Shown here: positions 32,526 through 40,203 of the stretch, piece by piece
Position numbering within the stretch: the stretch's first letter is position 1
How the letters are laid out: each line of letters begins with the position of its first letter
NCBI RefSeq assembly: GCF_001194135.2
Contig: NC_068987.1
Span: 104,876,467-104,916,669 of the forward strand
Source of the DNA: Octopus bimaculoides
Lineage: Eukaryota
Length of the DNA stretch: 40,203 nt
Direction of reading: 5' to 3'
Program-made: the position numbers and the translations under genes
Notes under the pieces: generated by a model
The model's database searches: none
What the model was told of the DNA's origin: nothing
The model's input: only the letters and a program-made list of their open reading frames with translations

Positions 32526-35070
32526 ATGCTTAGAATAGGTTGTATAAATGTAGATATAACCGTCACTGAGACCAGACTCCACAACCCGCGGGCCCTCGAG
32601 CACATGTTCGGCGAACAATTGGACATTTATTTTTCTCCGTGTCTGCTGAGAATGGGCGGAAGCGGTACCGCAGTGCTTTTTCGGAAGAGTCTGGACCCAA
32701 AGTAAGAGCAACATTCCTGGCCCCGGAGGGTAGGCTGGTCGTCTTGGATGTCGATGGCATTGATAGGGGTGATTTTCGACTGATAACAGTTTATGCGCTG
32801 TCCTTAACAGGTCGGCCGGATTTCTTTCGACGTCTAGAGGGTTTCCTGGGAATGTCTCGACCTTTACTTTTAGTGGGGGATTGGAACACTACCTTGGACA
32901 CCATCTAGTCTATGTGGGTAGAGATAGGAATAGGAGGAGATATAAATGCCTCAAAGACTTACTCAGACATTTCCAACTGTCTGACAGGTACCAACTCGAC
33001 CACCCGAATGTGCCAATGTGGACATAGAGCAACCGTATCGAGTCGTCCAGATCGTATTTATATAGAGTATTCTGTAGGACAGTGGATAGTGATAGTGTAG
33101 GTTGTCCACAATTTCATATAGTCAGCTACACAGACCACAAATATGTGACTTATACGTTTGACGTAGATAAGAATCATAGGTAGGGTCCCGTTTACTGGAA
33201 ACTGAACGCGTCGTTCACGGCACGACATGTTTACAGAGACCGGATTAGCACATTAGTTAAGAGGGTATACCACCAATAACCGGTGGTATGCCCCAAAGAG
33301 AGCAATTAAAGCAGAATCGGTTAATTATAGTAAGGCTCTAGCGATAGATCGAAATAGAATAGATGGAGACCTAGTTAAGAAATTAGAAGAGGCACATAAA
33401 AGTGGCCATTTAACAGTACGCGTTCGGTCCGTCAATAATGTTCCCTGTCGTCGCTTCTGTATGTATTAACTCTAGAGCCACTACTACAGAAATTGGCGAC
33501 GCTGAGGGGCATCCTGCAAGAACTGGGAAGCGGTAGGAGCGTGTCTGCATATGCAGACGACGTCACCGTCATAGTATCGAGCCACAGGCATATCAACCTG
33601 GTCAGCGAGACACTAAAAGAATACGAATCAGTAACGGGAGCGAAAATTAACCCGGAAAAGTCAGTGGACTAGCGGCTCGGCACCTGAAGAAACAAGCCCA
33701 TGCCGTCCAACAGTGTCTCCATCGTGGGACACTGGACCAACGGACCGGTTAAATTGCTCGGGGTCTGGTTCGGTCCGAACCTCCAAATGGAGAAGAACTG
33801 GGACGAGTAGAGTGGCCAGTCTCACCCAGCAATGGGCCGAGAAGAAGCTACCTCTAAAAGGTCAGGCTGAGGTGGCGAATGCGTGTATCGCATCCGTCAT
33901 CTACTACCGTCTGACCGTCGTGCCCTGTCCCGACCCTACCATCACAAAACTGGAGCGCATACTCTTCTGTTTTTTGTGGAAGGGAAGCGTTCCGATGGTC
34001 AGGCGATCCATTTGCTGCCAACATCTGCTAAATGCGCTGAGACTGCAACATCTCCAGCGTTCCATAGACGACGGTGATCAAGTGAGGTCGCCCTTTGTGA
34101 GATGCACTTTCCCGCAGCACCTCTCTTTGACCGAACTGCATTTGTGGATAAAACAGAAACCGAGGCTGGGCAAATGGCACCGCGAGTGCCGCCATGCCCT
34201 CGAGCAGCTCTGTCGTCCGGGATCGTGCGACTTCAATTCCACGAAGGCGTTCTATAGAGGATTAATGGGGACGAGGTGAGACGACGTTCTTGGGGAGACC
34301 CTGGGCGTCAACGAGGAATATCTGGCCAGTCTCTTCAGGACCACGTTCGGGCCGGGACCTATGAACAATTTCCAGAGATCCCTGACCTTGTAGTGCTATC
34401 GGGAAGCATTGCCCGTTCGAGATAAGCTCTACAGGCATGGTTCAAGAAACACCGGACCAACTTGCCCAAAATGCGATCAGAGCGACGAAACTTCTGCATG
34501 CACACGTGCAATGTCCAAGCATTTCAGACCTGTGGGCTTATATCGTACGGCTGCTGTGACGTGTAGGACGAATTCGGTTATCGGCCGAGTCTATCAGGAA
34601 TATTGCCCCGCCACCTTTCTTTAGCCGGGAAAGCAAGGCAGTTTTCATTGGCTATGGTGAAAGAATGTGTGTGGTGGACTCGTGCGAAAGGTTTTGAGAC
34701 AAACGCTTCCCTCTCTGGCCAACCGCTCATCAACTTTATCAAGTACCACTTGAAAAGGAAGATGAGAATAGAGAGGGAAGCTTTGTCCCATGAAAGTTTC
34801 AATAAAAGGTGGGTAAATGTAGCAAAGATGGTACGCATGAATGACGAAACCACTTTGAGCATAATCCTGTAAATCCAAGAGTGAGAGAGAGAGAGAGAGC
34901 GCGCTTTGCTCTCATGCGTTTCTTTCCCTGCCTGAGGTTAGCGAGGTCTTTTTCGTAGGCTTTTCTTTCCACGGATAAGCCTAATCTGTATTACATTTTT
35001 ACGCTCCCCTTTGAGAACTCTATTATAAACGGAAAATTGTTATTTCGCTGTTTACACGTCCCAAACGCTT
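32526..35070 (+). mobile_element. Tx1/L1-clade LINE ORF2 (APE endonuclease + internally deleted RT + CCHC) and 3' UTR, degraded
   Basis: MLRIGCINV; GRLVVLDV..FRLITVYA..LVGDWN; SRPDRIY; YTDHKY; YWKLNAS. It then jumps at about 33400 to VRQ.C.LS.LLYVLTLEPL..AYADDVT..GAKINPEKS..LLGVWFG..W..KLPLKG..N..IASVIYY..FLWKG..LPVRDKL..CPKCDQSDET. Stop at 34872. Confidence 0.93.
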
Positions 35071-35079
35071 TTGATCCAT

Positions 35080-35259
35080 TTTGATCGTATGTATGTATTT
35101 ATACATATATATATCTGTGTATTAGTATTAGTGTATTATGTATATATGCATGTATATATGTATTTGCTTGCACACACACACACACACACACACATATATG
35201 TAATATATATATATTATATATATATAATATATATATATAATATATATATATAATATATA
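35080..35259. repeat. (TA)n/(TATAA)n/(CA)n microsatellite before a gap
   Basis: Direct reading. Confidence 0.88.
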
Positions 35260-36198
35260 NNNNNNNNNNNNNNNNNNNNNNNNNNNNNNNNNNNNNNNNN
35301 NNNNNNNNNNNNNNNNNNNNNNNNNNNNNNNNNNNNNNNNNNNNNNNNNNNNNNNNNNNNNNNNNNNNNNNNNNNNNNNNNNNNNNNNNNNNNNNNNNNN
35401 NNNNNNNNNNNNNNNNNNNNNNNNNNNNNNNNNNNNNNNNNNNNNNNNNNNNNNNNNNNNNNNNNNNNNNNNNNNNNNNNNNNNNNNNNNNNNNNNNNNN
35501 NNNNNNNNNNNNNNNNNNNNNNNNNNNNNNNNNNNNNNNNNNNNNNNNNNNNNNNNNNNNNNNNNNNNNNNNNNNNNNNNNNNNNNNNNNNNNNNNNNNN
35601 NNNNNNNNNNNNNNNNNNNNNNNNNNNNNNNNNNNNNNNNNAATAAATGAGTATATGCATATATACGTACATGTATGTACATACCTACATCTACATGTAT
35701 ATATAGATGCATATCTGGGTACACGACGTTGCAAAAAAAAAACTTGGAGAAGATGATAAACAGAGCACAGAAAACACACAGGCCACATAGAGAACATTTC
35801 CTTCATCAGCTGCCACCATTCTAATACTAAGCGTTTCGAAATATAATATACATACATACATACACACAGACATACACACATACATATGTACACATATGTA
35901 CGAATATGTGTATTGGTATGTGTTTTATATGCGGTGTGTGTTTGTGTGTTAGTGAGTGTGTGTGCGTGTGTGTGTGTGTGTGTGCGCGCGCGCGCGCGAC
36001 TATGCATATGCACTTGAGTATATCATGTGGCAAACAGGTGGACATATATAGAAATAACAGTCAGACAGGAAAAAAAAACATAAATGATGTATACATATAT
36101 ATAAAAAAAAACTCAGAAAATATGTAGTCTAGCACATTATAGAAAATATTCGGATAAAAATAAACGCAAAAAGACTTCGATAAACAAATACAGACATA

Positions 36199-36267
36199 CT
36201 GAGTGTCCATAAATTCCATTTGCACTTCACCGTGCGGAAGTTGTGAAGATAATTTATGGACACCGTG
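36199..36267. mobile_element. 69-bp Tc1-like mini-MITE, TA-flanked
   Basis: GTGTCCATAAATT (36203-15) is inverted as AATTTATGGACAC (36251-63); inner CTTCAC/GTGAAG pair; TA at 36197-98 and 36268-69. Confidence 0.7.
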
Positions 36268-36650
36268 TATATATAATGAAAGATATGTGTGCGTGTGTAA
36301 CTATAGATTACAACATTGTAGTTTTCAATAAATATATTTCTTTATTAATTCGTTGTTGTTTGTTGTTGTAATTTACCGCATAGTGCATAATGCGAAAAGT
36401 TCAAATTTGGCTACCGAGACCCCGCATATAATCGTTCGCTGAGTGGAACTTTCGTAGTGTTATAGGAAAAATTTGTGCACAGCATTACTTCCCTTGTTAC
36501 CTAGAGTGTTTAGTGTGTATGTAGTGTGAGGTTATTCCCGGTCGGCATACAATGGTATACCTTAACTAAAATTAGAAGCTAGCTAGTACATGTGCACATG
36601 ATTATGATTATCTTCCGTGGTAACTATAAGCGGCCTTAATAACGTATATT

Positions 36651-36864
36651 CTTTTCTACTCTAGGCACAAGGCCTGAAATTTTTGGGGAGGGGACCAGTC
36701 GATTAGATCTACTTCAGTACGCAACTGGTACTTAATTTATCGACCCCGAAAGGATGAAAGGCAAAGTCGACCTCGGTGGAATTTGAACTCAGAACGTAAA
36801 GACAGACGAAATTCCGCTAAGCATTTCGCCTGGCGTGCTAACGCTTCTGCCAGCTCGCCGCCTT
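36651..36864 (-). mobile_element. SINE family A, young full-length copy with 16-bp TSD
   Basis: CTTAATAACGTATATT (36635-50) vs CTTAATAATGTATATT (36865-80), one CpG transition. Confidence 0.95.
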
Positions 36865-36885
36865 CTTAATAATGTATATTGAAAT

Positions 36886-36941
36886 AAGGTGCCGAGCTGG
36901 CAAAATCATTAGCGCGCTGGATGAAATGTTTAGCGGTATTT
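36886..36941 (+). mobile_element. SINE family A head, head-to-head with the previous copy, running into a gap
   Basis: AAGGTGCCGAGCTGGCAAAATCATTAGCGCGCTGGATGAAATGTTTAGCGGTATTT. Confidence 0.88.
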
Positions 36942-37499
36942 NNNNNNNNNNNNNNNNNNNNNNNNNNNNNNNNNNNNNNNNNNNNNNNNNNNNNNNNNNN
37001 NNNNNNNNNNNNNNNNNNNNNNNNNNNNNNNNNNNNNNNNNNNNNNNNNNNNNNNNNNNNNNNNNNNNNNNNNNNNNNNNNNNNNNNNNNNNNNNNNNNN
37101 NNNNNNNNNNNNNNNNNNNNNNNNNNNNNNNNNNNNNNNNNNNNNNNNNNNNNNNNNNNNNNNNNNNNNNNNNNNNNNNNNNNNNNNNNNNNNNNNNNNN
37201 NNNNNNNNNNNNNNNNNNNNNNNNNNNNNNNNNNNNNNNNNNNNNNNNNNNNNNNNNNNNNNNNNNNNNNNNNNNNNNNNNNNNNNNNNNNNNNNNNNNN
37301 NNNNNNNNNNNNNNNNNNNNNNNNNNNNNNNNNNNNNNNNNNNNNNNNNNNNNNNNNNNNNNNNNNNNNNNNNNNNNNNNNNNNNNNNNNNNNNNNNNNN
37401 NNNNNNNNNNNNNNNNNNNNNNNNNNNNNNNNNNNNNNNNNNNNNNNNNNNNNNNNNNNNNNNNNNNNNNNNNNNNNNNNNNNNNNNNNNNNNNNNNNN

Positions 37500-37538
<39 letters not shown>

Positions 37539-37783
37539 TATGTGTGTGTGTGTATGTATGTGTGAGTGAGTGTGTGTATGTCTATGTGTTTGTCCCCACC
37601 GCTTGACAACGCGTATCGATTTGTTTGCGTCTCTGTAACCTAGCAGTTCGGCAAAACACTTTGACAGAATAAGTAAGTGACTTTAGCGGAAAGTACTGGG
37701 ATCGATTTGTTCTAAACGCTTCAAAGAGATACTCCCGCACAGCTGCAGTCTAATGCCTGAAACAAGTAAAAGATAAAGAAGAT
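37500..37783 (+). mobile_element. SINE family C, (GT)n plus 3' half
   Basis: GTGTTTGTCCCCACCGCTTGACAAC..GTAACCTAGCAGTTCGGCAAAA..CTGAAACAAGTAAAAGA. Confidence 0.85.
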
Positions 37784-37833
37784 ATGTAAGCAAAAAAATA
37801 TTTTGGGAACAAATTCCAGAATTAAAACAATAA

Positions 37834-39597
37834 CACTGGGGAATTGAGTTTTTGTTGTCTGATGTTGGAGACATGTTTCCTACTAATTCTAGGGTGCCGA
37901 TTTCGAAAATGAAATCCATTTTGCTCTATCACGTTAAGATTTTCCACAAACTTAGATGTCCATTTTGCAACATTTCTGGTATTGCCACCATTTCTAAGGA
38001 TAGATTTAACTTTATCAAATACGAACCCATATATGGAGCATGACATAACTTTGGAAATATAGTTTATCAATGTCATTTAAAGTAAATACAACTAGAAAAG
38101 TGAAAACAATAGTCATGATTTAAGTATCTTCAGTAAATGATAAACGTCAAATTTGAGCAACTTTCACTATTTTCAACCTAACCAGTTTCAAATGTCGTGA
38201 TGATGATAGAAATGTCCTTTATACAATTAAATGTTAAGAAACAAGATATTTTGTGGTCCTTGACACCATACATGTCTCATATTTGCGGAATTTATCAGCA
38301 TAAATGCGCACGCTCTGCTTAATTTAGTGTGACTGTCATTGCAAACTAGATGAGACGTGTTTTGTTGAACTTTTAAACCGTTTCTTATGAAAATTGGTAT
38401 TTTGAAAATGCCCGTAATGTTTTGATAGTGAGGTCATATGGATCAAGGTCACTTTTCGTCAAGCATGGTCAAAGAACTGTAAAAAGAACTTCATGGTATG
38501 TATGCTCTTTAAGGAACTTTGTCATCACAAATCTGCATTTGCTTACCTTACGCCTGTTCTGAAAATGCTTTTCCCAGGTGACAACTGGCTTGAATATGTT
38601 TTGTGTTTCAGAAATATAGCCAGTTGTGAGAGAAGAGAAGAGAATGTAAAAACAGCCCCGATGTCTTCTGCTTATTTCTGCTTTAGGCAGTGAAATAAAA
38701 TCACAGATTTTGTAAAGTAAACTTACCTTACTTCCTTACTTGGTGACAATACAAAGCCTGGGTGACAATACAAAGCCTGGGTGCCCCATATAGTGTGCAA
38801 AACGTGTGTTGAAACATTGAAGCAGTGACTGCTTCAAATGATTAAGCAGAAAGTTTCCAGTTTTGTCTTGTAAGATAATTGAAGTTGGTGCGTTTGATGG
38901 GCCACATAATTGGTGACTAAGGACGAGCTATTTTTGGAGACCATGTCTGGCATTAAATATGAATCACGGGATGCTTTTCCTGCAGTTGTATATGATTTCC
39001 TGGGAAATAGGAAGTCGTCAAATTATGAAGATCTTGTGCAGATTCTTTTACGCAGTTTTCGAGTACTGGGCTGCAACATGAGTGTAAATGTGCATTTCCT
39101 GTACAGTCATCTGGACTACTTCCTTGAAAATCATAAGGTAATAAGTGATGAGCAAGGAGAAAGATTCAACCAAGACATCAAGAACATGGAGACTTGGTAC
39201 CAACGCGATGCTGTCTACTGCAGGTCACCGTAAAGAGACTGTCATGATGCAATTTATTCACATAAAGCAGCAAAGCGAATGTTCATTCCTTGAGTACCAA
39301 AAACTCCAGTTTGACAGAAATATCTATTCTAAGATGTCTAATTAAACATTTGTATAATGTATTTGTTAAACGACAGAAAGTACTATTTGGTTTGTGTTAG
39401 TTTCTTGTTTCAGTATTGCATTTAATGACAAAAATTGACATATTTGGTAAAAAAAAAAAAATGAATTCCTGTTTAACAAAACACTTGACGTGATAGAAAA
39501 TTTCTGAGGGCATTTCTGAACCCAGCACCATCAAATTAGGTAGGATTAATTGTAAAAAGCAAGACAACTAAATTTTTTCCAAAAATATTACCTAGTG
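37834..39597 (+). mobile_element. Chapaev3 (CMC) DNA transposon, internally deleted, both TIRs and TAA TSD present
   Basis: TAA|CACTGGG at the left and CCTAGTG|TAA at the right; imperfect TIRs of about 105 bp both ending TCTATCACGT(T/C)AAG. Transposase remnants: RRECKNSPDVFC..LGDNTKPWVPHIVCKTCVETLKQ and GAFDGP..FLGNRKSSNY..LGCNMSVNVHFLYSHLDYF..SDEQGERFNQDIK.ME.WYQ. Confidence 0.93.
38910..39233 (+). pseudogene. Chapaev3 transposase C-terminal remnant
   Basis: ORF track 38910-39233 contains the MSxKxHFLxSHLDxF / SDEqGERFHQD family signature. Confidence 0.9.
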
Positions 39598-40091
39598 TAA
39601 TCTATGTATTTTAAAAATATTGGTGATTGTCTCAAATCATGGAAATATTAATGAGCCCCCTGCGTCCTGTACAATTGACAACTCAACAACAGGATATGAA
39701 AACTACAACAACGGAATAGTCACGTATATAAAGGAAATATGAGACTGAGGTCATCAAACATGACCTTGTAGAGAGAGGTATTTAAAATACGTGAAGATTT
39801 ACTGATACAGTACGTATGTGAAGAGATACTGATACGCGAATGAATAGAGCTACGTGAAGATATGAAATGTCGATAAATGACACTGACAACGATTGTGAAA
39901 TGATTTTATCTTTACGTCTCCACATGTTTAATTTCTTGAAAGCTCCTTTTACACATTGAACAAATTAGAAGCCATTGCATGCACTAACGAATTTCTATCT
40001 TAATTGTGTTCAAAATTCTTAACCAGAATCCTCCTCTCTTTATATGTATGCATGTATATATCTTATTATTCACACATATCTCTATATACAC

Positions 40092-40094
<3 letters not shown>

Positions 40095-40172
<78 letters not shown>

Positions 40173-40203
40173 CCTACCTACCTACCTATCTATCTATCTA
40201 TCT
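40095..40203. repeat. (TATC)n/(TACC)n tetranucleotide microsatellite
   Basis: Direct reading. Confidence 0.95.

Noticed and set aside
35780-35845. Minus-strand GAAAC..CTGATGA arrangement as a type II hammerhead
   Set aside because: Helix I does not pair and helix II needs two extra bases. It may be a Penelope-like terminal fragment, but it is not supportable as a ribozyme.

Overview
Animal (metazoan) genomic DNA: AT-rich, dense in (CA)n/(CT)n/(TACA)n/(TATC)n microsatellites, with nine N-gaps (591-789, 3262-3499, 12060-12740, 13933-14213, 21344-22161, 28398-28544, 32468-32477, 35260-35641, 36942-37499). The tRNA-derived SINE families resemble those I recall from octopus genomes, so the source is probably Octopus; this is inference, not a database result. 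I can support no host protein-coding exon: the window reads as intronic or intergenic and is tiled by transposable elements. SINEs: about 22 copies or fragments of several tRNA-head families, labelled A, B, C and E here because I cannot reliably assign published names. LINE remnants: RTE, CR1 (two), Tx1/L1, and five R4/Dong-like RLE copies. DNA elements: a mariner transposase fragment, a Chapaev3 element with both TIRs and TAA TSD, two pogo/Tigger-like copies, a Merlin-like element carrying telomeric repeats, and three small MITEs. Best leads: (1) R4/Dong-like retrotransposons repeatedly bounded by (TACA)n, a possible new microsatellite-targeting family; (2) three minimal hammerhead-ribozyme-like cores, the best at about 15.7 kb; (3) a perfect 82-bp inverted repeat shared by two otherwise divergent head-to-head SINEs; (4) the telomere-repeat-carrying TIR element; (5) SINEs repeatedly inserted just upstream of other SINE heads. 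All alignments and translations were done by eye.
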